Assembly (NCBI GenBank): GCA_028714635.1
Contig: JAQTLZ010000001.1
Span: 173,272-237,271 of the forward strand
Reading direction: 5' to 3'
DNA from: Minisyncoccota bacterium
GTDB lineage: Bacteria > Patescibacteriota > Minisyncoccia > Phycocordibacterales > JAQTLZ01
Length of the DNA: 64,000 bases
Within the stretch, counting starts at the first letter, position 1. Every line of letters starts with the position of its first letter. Below, in pieces: positions 31,344 to 41,170 of this stretch. The translations under genes were made by a program, and so were the position numbers. The notes under the pieces are model-generated. The model did no database searches. It worked only from the letters and a program-made list of their open reading frames with translations, and was not told where the DNA came from.

Positions 31344-32189
31344 CTAAAAATCTACTCCCCAGAACTTTTTAAACTTAATGGTGATCTTTCTCGCTTTCTC
31401 TGGATTATTTTCGAGCCAGATACTGCATTTTGTTTTCTTTCGAAATATGGCAAGAACAGCTTGGAGATCAAGATCATTTAATGATTTTGTTTTTTCGTAT
31501 ATTCGATCAATCTCCTCAGCCGTCTTTGGATCAAGTTTTACTGTAACAACAAAATCATCGACGACGTTTATATAGGTTGATCGTTCGTTTTGAAAGTCGC
31601 TTTTACTGAATGAATACTCAACTGCTTTTTTATCCCAAAATTTCTCTGTCCATTTATCCAGAAAAGAATTACCTCCAACAATAAGATAAAGTTTTGATTT
31701 TGCCAATTTCAAGGATTCAATATATTGCTTCTCCTGTTTCGTCTGAACTAAGTGAAACCACGGATGCGGATTCCACCCAAGAAGTATCTTCTTTTTCGAC
31801 TGCTGGATTATCATGAGAAGGAGATGAGACCAAAAGTCATTCATTTTTAGTAAATCTGTAAAATGCCAAATCTCCTTTTTATTTATTTCCGGTAAAACGA
31901 GCGGAGATCGAGGCCTTTCGATATAGGTAGAGGAAAGAGTGTCTGCAAGAGAAAGAAAATTGAGCACCCACGGTAATCGTAAGCTATAGCGAGTTTCTAG
32001 TTTAAATAACATTCCTTCCTCTTGGAGTTTCTTTAATTCTTTATAGAGACCTTGAATTGTATACTTTCTGCCGCCAACCTCTACTACTTTTTTATGAATT
32101 TGGGATGCATTGAGAAATTGCTCTGTAGAAAGAGCTTCTAAGATTGTTTCGGCTAGTTTTTTGCGTTCCTTGAGTATTGATTCAACCAT
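31344..32189 (-). CDS. Hypothetical regulator with N-terminal winged-helix
   Basis: LNASQIHKKV..YTIQGLYKELKKLQEEG. Confidence 0.55.
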   Translation of the reverse strand: MVESILKERKKLAETILEALSTEQFLNASQIHKKVVEVGGRKYTIQGLYKELKKLQEEGMLFKLETRYSLRLPWVLNFLSLADTLSSTYIERPRSPLVLPEINKKEIWHFTDLLKMNDFWSHLLLMIIQQSKKKILLGWNPHPWFHLVQTKQEKQYIESLKLAKSKLYLIVGGNSFLDKWTEKFWDKKAVEYSFSKSDFQNERSTYINVVDDFVVTVKLDPKTAEEIDRIYEKTKSLNDLDLQAVLAIFRKKTKCSIWLENNPEKARKITIKFKKFWGVDF

Positions 32190-32282
32190 TTGTTTAAAAA
32201 ATGCCTGTTTTTCGAAATTTTGTTGATATCTAATATATCATACTTATAATCGAATTGGGAATAGGTAAGAAAGGAGGAAGAA

Positions 32283-32624
32283 ATGAACACCGTTGCAGTA
32301 CCCGGTTGTCCGGGAACAGTGGTTGAGGAATTGCCGAGCGCCCTCGGTAGGCAGTTCTTGCGAGTTACAATCGAGCGTGGTGGTGAGGTGCCACTACACT
32401 CGCACGAATGCGCAGCGACCATGATCGTTACTCACGGATCAGCTCGCAAACTTGTCGAGCGCGGAAACGCCGAAAGGGTGAAAGCGGGTGATGTTATCAC
32501 TAAAGCGGCGCGAGAACCACACGGGTTCACAGAAATTGGAGAGGAGGGATTCTCCTTCATTTCCGTTTCTGGTGGTCTCGGTATTGTCCAAGAAGGTGGC
32601 AAGCTCGACATGGAACTTGTTTAA
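32283..32624 (+). CDS. Cupin domain protein
   Basis: VPLHSHE...GDVITKAAREPHGF; AGGAGG SD. Confidence 0.85.
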   Translation: MNTVAVPGCPGTVVEELPSALGRQFLRVTIERGGEVPLHSHECAATMIVTHGSARKLVERGNAERVKAGDVITKAAREPHGFTEIGEEGFSFISVSGGLGIVQEGGKLDMELV

Positions 32625-32872
32625 GCAGGTTCCTATCAGCCAGCGTTAAGGACGGAGAAGAATTCTCTCCGTCCTTTTTTCTTGTCTTAATATTCGGGTG
32701 GGGGAAGGGTAGGGGGTGAAGTAAAGGGGCAGCTTGTAGGTTGTAGCTATTAACTTGTAGCTTAAAATACGAATACTTAAAAAGCCGCGATTGTCTGAAG
32801 GCAATCGCGGCTTTCGCATTGTTTTTTCAAGAATTTTCTGTTACCTTTGTAGGGTAATGAGGTAACGGAAAT

Positions 32873-32955
32873 GCGTCGGTACCCAAGTGGTCAACGGGAG
32901 CAGACTGTAAATCTGTTGGCTTACGCCTTCGTTGGTTCGAATCCAACCCGACGCA
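32873..32955 (+). tRNA. tRNA-Tyr(GTA)
   Basis: GCGTCGGTACCCAAGTGG..GCAGA-CT-GTA-AA-TCTGT..GGTTCGAATCC. Confidence 0.95.
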
Positions 32956-33175
32956 CAAATTAAATCTCCCCGAAAGGGGAGTTTTAATTTGTGGCCGAGC
33001 AAGACGCGGGGGGGGGGCGTCTTGCGTGGTTGGATTCGAAGCCTCGATAAGCAGATTTTTAAGTTCGTAATCGAACGTAAAAAATCTCCATCGAGGAAAC
33101 TGGTTCTGTAAGAACCGAAATTCCAACCCGACGCACAATAACTAAAAACTTCCGCAAAAGCGGAAGTTTTTAGTC
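32956..33175. repeat. tRNA-associated structured element, copy C (downstream of tRNA-Tyr)
   Basis: Antisense T-arm GGTTGGATTCGAA 33028-33040; core 33042-33096; 17-nt direct repeat of tRNA 3' end at 33122-33138; flanking terminator-like hairpins. Confidence 0.85.
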
Positions 33176-33176
33176 T

Positions 33177-34964
33177 CTATAACCCTACTGGAGGCATTGT
33201 TTTTGGAATATCAGGCGGGATTTGCGGAGGCACTGGCGGTGGTGGAGGCGTTGGCATTGGAATAGGTGGAGGCGGAGTTGGTATGACCGGCGCTACTGGT
33301 GTTACCGGCATCGTGGGAACAGTTGGGGCAACTTGAGACGCTACTGGTGTCACGTATACCGGTTTTGGAGCGGGAGGCGGAGTAGGAGCTACTGGCATGG
33401 TTTGTACTGGTGGAGGTGGGGGTGGCGGAGGCTGGACGGATGCAGGAGGTGCTGGAGGAGTAGGAGGAATGACAACTGGCGGAACGAATGCTGGTTTCGC
33501 CACTTGTGCCGGGGAGGTCGGCATTACTTGGATTGTCGAAGGCATAACCGATGCTGTGCTAGCAGGAGCCGTGGAGACTGGTTTCGGCGGAGTGGGCATT
33601 GAGGACATCGGAGAAGCTCCTGGCATTGAAGCAGGCGGAATATAATTTGGCTTCATTGTAACTGGTGGCATCATGCCCGGAGAAGGAATAACAGGAGAAC
33701 TTTTTCTTCGGAAGATTTTTATCATGAGAGCTATGATGAGAAGTGCAAAAAATCCAATTCCCATAACAACATACATCATCACTCCCTCAAAAGGAGAGGG
33801 AACGGCCGAACTTTCAGCAACTGGAGTGACAGCCAACTCTTGTCCGGCAGCTACTGCGATGACTGTTGGACTCGGCTGTGCAACTTCAATTTTGAAGGTT
33901 GTGCTTTTATCCATCGAATAATATGCGCTCGAGTAATAATCGGGAAGCGGTCCGACTAAAAGATAAATAAATCCGGTGTAACTTGGCGTATAAGAAACTA
34001 CATTTTTCGTAGAAGCTTGCACGCTGTATGTTTTGCCGATCTCCACTCTGTCCTTGTCTTGAATTTTAAGTCCTGCATTTATTTGCTTGCTTGGGACGAA
34101 ACTCTTTGTCGCGGAATCATACCCGATTGCCTTGTCAGTTGTGATGAGAGTAAGTGTGATGGGGACATTTTCTGTTACGGAGATTTTAAAATAATCGTAG
34201 TCGCCGTTTTTCTGATTGTGATCAAGATGATATGAGGCCGGATCGATCGCGACCGCCGTGTCATACCCATTTCCTCCTCGAATTGCGATCGCGATATCTT
34301 TATCGGTGTTTGTTTTGTCTATTGGCTTTTCGATATCTTGAATTGCTTTGAATCCGGAGATAAGAGATGCTGAATCTGTGGCGTCAAAATATTTTGCTCC
34401 GCCAGCTGTCGCGATTGCCGAAAGTTGCGTTCGTGAAGCGTCGTCAACTCCAAGCCCGATAACATAGGTTTTTATCTTTGCGGACGATGCCAAAAGTGCC
34501 TTAGCAGAAGCCACCGGATCGCCTCCACAGGTATCTTTTCCATCGGTAAGCAGGATAATACTGTTGTCATTTCCCGCTATGAAATCATTTTGAGCTTGGC
34601 TCAAAGCATATGCAGTAGGGGTGTATGTTCCAATAGCATCGATCGCATTTACTTTGCCGATGATCGCATTTCTGTCAGATCCGAACGGCATGAGAAGCTC
34701 TGTTTGTTTGCAGGCTTCTGCTTGAGTAGTTTTTCTTACATTTCCGAATGGACGGAGCGCGGTTATGATGCTTCCATGAAGGCTTGTGATGATGTCAGAG
34801 AGCGCTGATTTTGCAGCAATGATTTTGGTGGTGTTTCCGAAGCTTTCGAGCATCGAGCCGGAAGCGTCGAAGATGAAAAGCATATTTTTTGCTCCGTCTG
34901 CGCGCGCGACCGAAACGGATGAGAACAAGCTCAAAATTATTGTAAAGAGAAATATCTTTTTCAT
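33177..34964 (-). CDS. vWA-domain surface protein with TM and proline-rich tail
   Basis: Signal peptide; MIDAS DASGSM; LLTDGKDTC; TM near residue 400; Pro-rich C-terminus. Confidence 0.85.
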   Translation of the reverse strand: MKKIFLFTIILSLFSSVSVARADGAKNMLFIFDASGSMLESFGNTTKIIAAKSALSDIITSLHGSIITALRPFGNVRKTTQAEACKQTELLMPFGSDRNAIIGKVNAIDAIGTYTPTAYALSQAQNDFIAGNDNSIILLTDGKDTCGGDPVASAKALLASSAKIKTYVIGLGVDDASRTQLSAIATAGGAKYFDATDSASLISGFKAIQDIEKPIDKTNTDKDIAIAIRGGNGYDTAVAIDPASYHLDHNQKNGDYDYFKISVTENVPITLTLITTDKAIGYDSATKSFVPSKQINAGLKIQDKDRVEIGKTYSVQASTKNVVSYTPSYTGFIYLLVGPLPDYYSSAYYSMDKSTTFKIEVAQPSPTVIAVAAGQELAVTPVAESSAVPSPFEGVMMYVVMGIGFFALLIIALMIKIFRRKSSPVIPSPGMMPPVTMKPNYIPPASMPGASPMSSMPTPPKPVSTAPASTASVMPSTIQVMPTSPAQVAKPAFVPPVVIPPTPPAPPASVQPPPPPPPPVQTMPVAPTPPPAPKPVYVTPVASQVAPTVPTMPVTPVAPVIPTPPPPIPMPTPPPPPVPPQIPPDIPKTMPPVGL

Positions 34965-35206
34965 TTTGCCCGCCTAAATTTTCTACTATAGCTCTTACCA
35001 ACCTCAGCCTTATAGAAAATTTATAAATTAATTTTAAAAATCGATTTTTTTATTATGCACCCGAAAACTTTGGCGGGTGAATAAGTCCTACCTTTTAATA
35101 AATACAGTATATCCTGAAAGACGTTTCTTGTTTGATAAGTTTTACACACCGTCTGTCCGGGCTGGCAGGGTTGTAGAGAACGAGAAATCTTGCTACTTTG
35201 TAGGCT

Positions 35207-36349
35207 ATGATCGCTAAAAATGACCGAATGGGGCTTCGAACGTGGATCGAGGTGGATACTCGCGCAATCGCGCATAATTACGAAATTTTCAGAAAGCTCA
35301 TTCCAAAATCGTGCAAGTTGATGGCGGTGGTGAAATCGAATGCTTATGGCCACAGTCTCGTCGATTTTTCGAAAGAGATTTCAAAACTCGGCGCGGATTG
35401 GATCGGTGTTGATTCTGTTGTGGAAGGATTTGCTTTGCGACGAGAAGGCATTACGCTTCCGATTTTAGTTCTTGGCTACACTTTGCCTGAACTTGTTCAT
35501 GAAGCGGCGGAGAAAAACATTTCCCTCACCGTTTCAGATCTGTCTTTTTTTGAAAATTTGCCGAAAGGAAAATTATCGCAGAAAATACATATTCACATTG
35601 AAGTCGATACGGGAATGCATCGGCAAGGTTTTCTTTCTGAACATAAGGAGACATTATTTTCAGCATTAGAAAAATACAAAGATTTCGTAAAAGTGGAGGG
35701 GTTGTATACGCATTTTGCAGAGGCGAAAAATCCGTCTTCGCTTGAATATACGAAAGGCCAGATCAGCCAGTTTCTGGAATGGAAGAAAAGCTTTGAAAGT
35801 AAAGGGTTTTCTCTCGTTACCCATGCGGGCGCCACAGCGGGCACCCTTCTCTATCCAGAGGCAGATTTTGATATGGTTCGTATCGCTTCCGGCCTTTTTG
35901 GACTCTGGCCATCTCACAAATTACGAGAAGCTTTTGAGGAAAAAATACATCTTACTCCCATACTTTCTTGGAGAACGCTTATTTCAGAAGTAAAAGAAAT
36001 TGAAGCGGGAGAGTCTGTGGGATATGAACGAACATATAAGCTTTCTTCGCGAGCGAAGATCGCAATTTGCCCCGTTGGATATTGGCAAGGGCTTCCGCGT
36101 TCCTTGTCTAATAATGCTGAAGTGCTTTTGAACGGCAAGCGAGCGAAAATCATCGGACTTGTTTCGATGGATATGATCATTCTTGATTGCACCGATATTC
36201 CTGAAGTGAAAGTTGGCGATGTTGTGACGCTTATAGGATATGATCGAGATGAATCTATTGACGTGTATGAACTTGCAGAACATGCAGATACGGGACACAA
36301 CGAAATTGTGACTCGTATTAATCCGCTCATTAAGCGCATCTATTTTTAG
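35207..36349 (+). CDS. alr: Alanine racemase
   Basis: AVVKSNAYGH PLP-lysine motif; VDTGMHRQG; SMDM. Confidence 0.95.
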   Translation: MIAKNDRMGLRTWIEVDTRAIAHNYEIFRKLIPKSCKLMAVVKSNAYGHSLVDFSKEISKLGADWIGVDSVVEGFALRREGITLPILVLGYTLPELVHEAAEKNISLTVSDLSFFENLPKGKLSQKIHIHIEVDTGMHRQGFLSEHKETLFSALEKYKDFVKVEGLYTHFAEAKNPSSLEYTKGQISQFLEWKKSFESKGFSLVTHAGATAGTLLYPEADFDMVRIASGLFGLWPSHKLREAFEEKIHLTPILSWRTLISEVKEIEAGESVGYERTYKLSSRAKIAICPVGYWQGLPRSLSNNAEVLLNGKRAKIIGLVSMDMIILDCTDIPEVKVGDVVTLIGYDRDESIDVYELAEHADTGHNEIVTRINPLIKRIYF

Positions 36350-36433
36350 AAGCGAAGAAAGAAAAACGACGAAAAATCGGCCCTGCGGGGCCGATTTTTC
36401 GTCTCATTCTGGTGTGGATAACTCTGTTGGTAA

Positions 36434-36478
36434 GTGGGGGAGAGTGGTATAAAATAGAGCCTAGGTGGGAAAGAGTGG
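36434..36478 (+). promoter_or_regulatory. Putative MraZ operator repeats
   Basis: Two GTGG-N6-GTGG pairs directly upstream of mraZ. Confidence 0.6.
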
Positions 36479-36511
36479 TAAATAATAATTTTTTACTCTA
36501 TACTATGAATC

Positions 36512-36946
36512 ATGCTCATCGGGGAATACACTCACACAATCGACGACAAAAACCGGCTCTCGCTTCCGGTAAAATTTCGAAAAGAATTGGGAAAAAAAGT
36601 GGTGCTCACGCTGTGGCTCGACAATTGTTTGTCCGTGTTTGCCCCCAAGGAATGGGAAAAGATTTCGGAGAAGCTTTCGCAGTCGTCTATGCTGTCGGGA
36701 GACAACAGAAGCTTCAACCGGTTTATGTTCGCAGGCGCAACAGAGGCGGAAGTTGATTCGATCGGACGTATTTTGGTTCCAGATTTTCTTCGCGAAAGAT
36801 CAAATTTACAGGAAAAAGTAGTAATTATCGGAGTAGAAAATCGGGCGGAAATTTGGAATGAGAAGACGTGGAGTGAATATAAGAAGAGTGTGGAGAAGAA
36901 GGCGGATTCATTGGCAGAGAAGTTAGGACAGGCCGGAATTCTATGA
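36512..36946 (+). CDS. mraZ: Division/cell wall cluster repressor MraZ
   Basis: GEYTHTIDDKNRLSLP; DSIGRILVP. Confidence 0.95.
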   Translation: MLIGEYTHTIDDKNRLSLPVKFRKELGKKVVLTLWLDNCLSVFAPKEWEKISEKLSQSSMLSGDNRSFNRFMFAGATEAEVDSIGRILVPDFLRERSNLQEKVVIIGVENRAEIWNEKTWSEYKKSVEKKADSLAEKLGQAGIL

Positions 36947-37836
36947 TCCACACGAGTGTTCTTTTACAGGAATCAATAGATGGATTAGCGATCACAAATG
37001 GTGATGTTTTCCTTGACTGCACAATAAACGGCGGAGGCCACAGCGAAGAGGTAGCTAAGCGATTCGGACAAGCTGTGCAAATCATCGGAATTGATATGGA
37101 TGAAAGTGCGCTCCAAAGGGCTGAAAAACGGCTCTTGGTACAGAAAGCAAAGTTTCTCCTTGCGCAGGATAACTTCCGAAATGTCAACAAAGTGCTTGAA
37201 AAATTTGGCATACAACGGGCGAACAAGATTTTGTACGATTTGGGACTCTCTTCCAATCAGTTCGAAGACTCGGGCAGGGGTTTTTCTTTCCAAAAAGACG
37301 AACCGCTTCTTATGACTTTTAAAGAAAAGCCGACAGAAACTGATTTGACGGTAAAAGAAATTTTGAACAGCTGGGACGAAGAAAATATCGCGGATGTGAT
37401 TTACGGATACGGAGGCGAAACATTTTCACGACGGATTGCGAAGGGAATTGTGGAAGCGAGAGCGGTGAAGCCCATCGAAACAACGGGAGAGCTTGTAGAA
37501 ATAATCAAAAATGCGACCCCAGCACCGTATCACCGCAGAAAAATCCATTTCGCGACGAAAACATTTCAGGCACTGCGCATTACTGCAAACGATGAAATCC
37601 GAGCGCTCAAAGAAGGACTGGAAAAAGGATACGCGATCCTCGCTCCGAAAGGCAGAATAGCGGTCATTTCATTCCACAGCATCGAAGACAGGATCGTAAA
37701 ACAATTTTTTAAATCAAAAGAAAAGGCTGAAGAAGCTATTTTAATAACAAAAAAACCAATTGTGCCGAGCCGAGAGGAAGTAGTGAGAAACCCGCGTTCA
37801 AGAAGTTCAAAACTGCGTATTTTAGAAAAAAGATGA
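36943..37836 (+). CDS. rsmH: 16S rRNA m4C1402 methyltransferase
   Basis: HTSVLLQE; DLGLSS; FQALRI; ISFHSIEDR. Confidence 0.95.
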   Translation: MIHTSVLLQESIDGLAITNGDVFLDCTINGGGHSEEVAKRFGQAVQIIGIDMDESALQRAEKRLLVQKAKFLLAQDNFRNVNKVLEKFGIQRANKILYDLGLSSNQFEDSGRGFSFQKDEPLLMTFKEKPTETDLTVKEILNSWDEENIADVIYGYGGETFSRRIAKGIVEARAVKPIETTGELVEIIKNATPAPYHRRKIHFATKTFQALRITANDEIRALKEGLEKGYAILAPKGRIAVISFHSIEDRIVKQFFKSKEKAEEAILITKKPIVPSREEVVRNPRSRSSKLRILEKR

Positions 37837-38153
37837 GAAGCAATGTAGAAAAATTCAATCACTATCAAAAACTCTTTTTCTGGGGTGCTTTTTTGCTCTT
37901 GGTAGTTTCTGTTTGTTCTTATGTGTATTTTCTCAACGGCACTATCCGTAATGTGGTAGAAAGACAAAAGGCAGAGACACGCATCGCCTCAATTCGGGGC
38001 GCAGTGGGAGAGCTTGAATCTCGCTATATCGTCCTTAAAGACTCAATTACCCTCGATCTAGCATCATCGCTCGGGTTTCAGACGGTTCAAAATCCTGTCT
38101 TTATTTCTCGCACAGCGCTTTCGAAAGCACTCTCCGTCAATTCGGTTGAGTAA
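37833..38153 (+). CDS. FtsL-like cell division protein
   Basis: Single TM plus coiled coil, located between rsmH and the PBP gene. Confidence 0.6.
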   Translation: MRSNVEKFNHYQKLFFWGAFLLLVVSVCSYVYFLNGTIRNVVERQKAETRIASIRGAVGELESRYIVLKDSITLDLASSLGFQTVQNPVFISRTALSKALSVNSVE

Positions 38154-38164
38154 TTCGAGAGCGC

Positions 38165-39877
38165 ATGAAGATCCACTCATTATCTAGAATACGCATCATT
38201 TCTATCGGACTTTTTCTGTTCGCGGTACTCATTGTTGCAAAGTTATATCTTGTTCAAGTGGTAGATGGCCATCTTTATACTGACAAAGCCGATCGCCAGT
38301 ATGTAAAACCGAACGAAAACCTTTTTGACAGAGGTTCTATTTTTTTTCAAACTCGAAGCGGGGATTTGGTCAGCGCCGCGACCTTGAAAACTGGGTATCT
38401 TGTCTCACTCAGTCCTAAATTGGTGACAGATCCCGAAACCACGTTCGAAAAGTTGGAGAGCGTGATTCCGCTTGAAAAAGAATCTTTTTTGGAGAAAGCG
38501 GGCAAGAAAGCTGATCCATACGAGGAGGTGGCTCGAAGAGTTTCTGAAGCAGATGCCGCTAAAATCGAGAGCCTTAAACTTCCCGGAGTTTCTCTCTATA
38601 AAGAAAAATGGAGGTACTATCCTGGAACAACTATGGCCGCGAACGTGCTCGGGTTTGTTGGTTCTGATGGGAAATCTGTTGCCGGTCAATATGGTCTCGA
38701 AAAATATTATGAAGCCGAGCTGAATCGGAGTGATCGAAATTTGAATGTAAATTTTTTTGCTGAAATATTTTCTGACGTAAGCAAAACGCTCGTCGACGAC
38801 AAACAGGCGGAAGGGGACATTGTTTCAACCATAGAGCCTTCAGTCCAGCTTTTTCTTGAAAAACAATTAAAGTCGCTTCAAGCAGAATGGAATCCTGATA
38901 CTTCAGGCGCGATTATTATCGATCCGACAAATGGTGAAGTGTATGCGTTGGCTTCGCTTCCTACATTCGATCCAAACAATTTTAATCTTCAAAAAAATCC
39001 GCGGGTTTTTTCCAATCCGCTCGTCGATAGCGTGTATGAGATGGGTTCGATCGTAAAGCCACTTACCATGGCAGCCGGAATTGATTCGGACACTGTCACT
39101 CCTACAACAACTTACGATGATAGAGGATTTCTGGAACTGAACGGTTTGAAAATTTCGAACTTCGATTTTCGCGGCCGTGGGGTTGTTCCCATGCAGGAAG
39201 TGCTCAATCAGTCTTTGAATACCGGAGCGGCAACCGTCGCTCTTCGAATGGGGAAGGACCTCTTTTCCAAATATATGTTGAATTACGGTTTGGGCGAGGA
39301 GACTGGAATTGACCTCCCGAATGAATCAGCTGGACTTGTAGAAAACTTAAAAAGCCCTCGAGATATCGAGCATGCCACAGCAGCGTATGGGCAGGGAATT
39401 GCACTTACGCCGATCGCCACTGTCCGCGCGCTTTCTACGCTTGGGAACGGCGGGGTTCTCATTGATCCGCATGTGGTAAAAAGTCTCAAATACACGGTCG
39501 GGCTTTCAAAAGATCTGTTCACTGGCAGAGAGGAAAAACGAGTTCTCAAAAAAGAAACTTCAGAAACCATCACCAAAATGCTTGTAGAAGTGGTGGATAA
39601 AGCACTTCGTCATGGCACCATGAAGCTCAAGAATTGGAGCGTAGCGGCGAAAACCGGTACTGCCCAGATCGCAAACCCGGCAGGAAAAGGTTATTACGCA
39701 GACCGCTATCTCCACTCCTTTTTCGGTTATTTCCCAGCGTATAATCCGAAGTTTTTGGTCTTTATGTATATGGTGTACCCAAAAGGAGCGAATTATGCGT
39801 CAGAGACGCTGACCACTTCTTTCTTCGACATCACAAAATTTCTCATAAATTATTACGAAATTCCGCCGGATAGGTAG
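38165..39877 (+). CDS. ftsI: Class B penicillin-binding protein (FtsI-like)
   Basis: SxxK (GSIVK), SxN (SLN) and KTG motifs; dcw position. Confidence 0.85.
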   Translation: MKIHSLSRIRIISIGLFLFAVLIVAKLYLVQVVDGHLYTDKADRQYVKPNENLFDRGSIFFQTRSGDLVSAATLKTGYLVSLSPKLVTDPETTFEKLESVIPLEKESFLEKAGKKADPYEEVARRVSEADAAKIESLKLPGVSLYKEKWRYYPGTTMAANVLGFVGSDGKSVAGQYGLEKYYEAELNRSDRNLNVNFFAEIFSDVSKTLVDDKQAEGDIVSTIEPSVQLFLEKQLKSLQAEWNPDTSGAIIIDPTNGEVYALASLPTFDPNNFNLQKNPRVFSNPLVDSVYEMGSIVKPLTMAAGIDSDTVTPTTTYDDRGFLELNGLKISNFDFRGRGVVPMQEVLNQSLNTGAATVALRMGKDLFSKYMLNYGLGEETGIDLPNESAGLVENLKSPRDIEHATAAYGQGIALTPIATVRALSTLGNGGVLIDPHVVKSLKYTVGLSKDLFTGREEKRVLKKETSETITKMLVEVVDKALRHGTMKLKNWSVAAKTGTAQIANPAGKGYYADRYLHSFFGYFPAYNPKFLVFMYMVYPKGANYASETLTTSFFDITKFLINYYEIPPDR

Positions 39878-39964
39878 ATTTGAACTGTGAACCCATTGCG
39901 TGGCTTTCAGAACTTACTAAACAGAGACAGTATATCGGTTTAGCAGTCGAAAAGCTTGAAGCAC

Positions 39965-40639
39965 TTATGGCTTCTTAGGTCCTTTACCAACCAATCTCGC
40001 AAATGATTTTGCGATTGGTTCACCTTTATGAAAGACAAAAGTTCCTTCAACACCAAGTTCTTCTCTAATATCCCAGTAAAATCTTTCTATGCGGTTCGCT
40101 ATCTTCTTTGTAAAACGTGGGTCCACTTGAAAAATACCGTTAATATGGACGAAGCCATTCTCGTGGATATTTAGTTTTGTATTGAAGTGACCAACCTGAT
40201 TTCCTCTGGCACGGACTATCTGGTTTATTGATGCTTTTATACTATCCAGTCTTTTCTGGTAACGCTTACGCTTCTTTTCATCTTTGATGTGGTCAGTCAT
40301 CGTATAGAGCGATGATGTCTGCCTGTTTTCATCGAGAATTGTACCGAGAATGACAATCGCATCTCGTGAATAGACATCAACCATCGAAATAATAATGGTT
40401 AGACTTCGCTTCGGCTCATCTTCAGCAAAGTCATCTTTGTGTTTGCCAAGATACAGAATGAGGTCGGCTTGGTCTCGTAGACGATTGAGACAATCATAAA
40501 CATAATCACTTATGTTTCGTATCTTTCTTGTTTCGTCTATTACTGGTTTCTTTTTTGATTTCATATAGGTGAGGGTTTTGCTTCTTGTCTGCCCTGAGAA
40601 GTATTTGGAACGCTCCAACAATCCTATCTCTTTCTTCAT
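39965..40639 (-). CDS. Putative HEPN (AbiU2-like) protein
   Basis: Helical protein with RGNQVGH R-x5-H motif; start uncertain. Confidence 0.5.
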   Translation of the reverse strand: MKKEIGLLERSKYFSGQTRSKTLTYMKSKKKPVIDETRKIRNISDYVYDCLNRLRDQADLILYLGKHKDDFAEDEPKRSLTIIISMVDVYSRDAIVILGTILDENRQTSSLYTMTDHIKDEKKRKRYQKRLDSIKASINQIVRARGNQVGHFNTKLNIHENGFVHINGIFQVDPRFTKKIANRIERFYWDIREELGVEGTFVFHKGEPIAKSFARLVGKGPKKP

Positions 40640-40659
40640 TGGTCCAGTTCGGGACTTTA

Positions 40660-41142
40660 TTATTTTTTACTACCATTGATTTCCTTTATCATTTTCCAGC
40701 TCAATTCTTCGACCGTACCTAATTCATCCACAAAAAAGAGATACAGGTTCAATTTATCCATCACATCAAACGGCATCTTTCGTATGACCATTTTTCTGAA
40801 TGATGTAGGAAAAGCAACTCCGTATTTGTAGCCATACTTGTAACCTCTTGCTCCATTACGGTGCATTCTTGTCAGTATCTGTCCCAGTGCAGAGTTGAAG
40901 CTACTACTCTGGCTCCCTGAAGGGTTTATAACCTTTATTGAGGGGTCTCCTTTGGCTTCTATAAGCCAGTATCGTGCAAAGTTATTGTTTCGGACTTTTA
41001 TATCAACACCTTGCTCCCACAACTCCTTACTAGTTAGTGATTTGCTCCAGCCGTTTAGCTCAAGATGTCTAATGACAGACTTTTGTACAAAATCCTCTGT
41101 GATTATCTGTCTTTCTTTTTTGGTTGGTTTAGGGGTAATCAT
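40660..41142 (-). CDS. PD-(D/E)xK nuclease-like protein
   Basis: TEDFV..GVDIK...IEAKG..ALGQIL; likely start MITPK. Confidence 0.7.
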   Translation of the reverse strand: MITPKPTKKERQIITEDFVQKSVIRHLELNGWSKSLTSKELWEQGVDIKVRNNNFARYWLIEAKGDPSIKVINPSGSQSSSFNSALGQILTRMHRNGARGYKYGYKYGVAFPTSFRKMVIRKMPFDVMDKLNLYLFFVDELGTVEELSWKMIKEINGSKK

Positions 41143-41170
41143 AGAATGGTTCACAACGTTCACATATTCA

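Noticed and set aside
33008-33017. Poly-G tract as a phase-variation site
   Set aside because: It is non-coding, forms the loop of a hairpin in element C, and is not in a promoter or ORF.
35021-35206. Riboswitch or ORF upstream of alr
   Set aside because: No recognisable aptamer consensus or terminator, and the ORF is antisense to alr.
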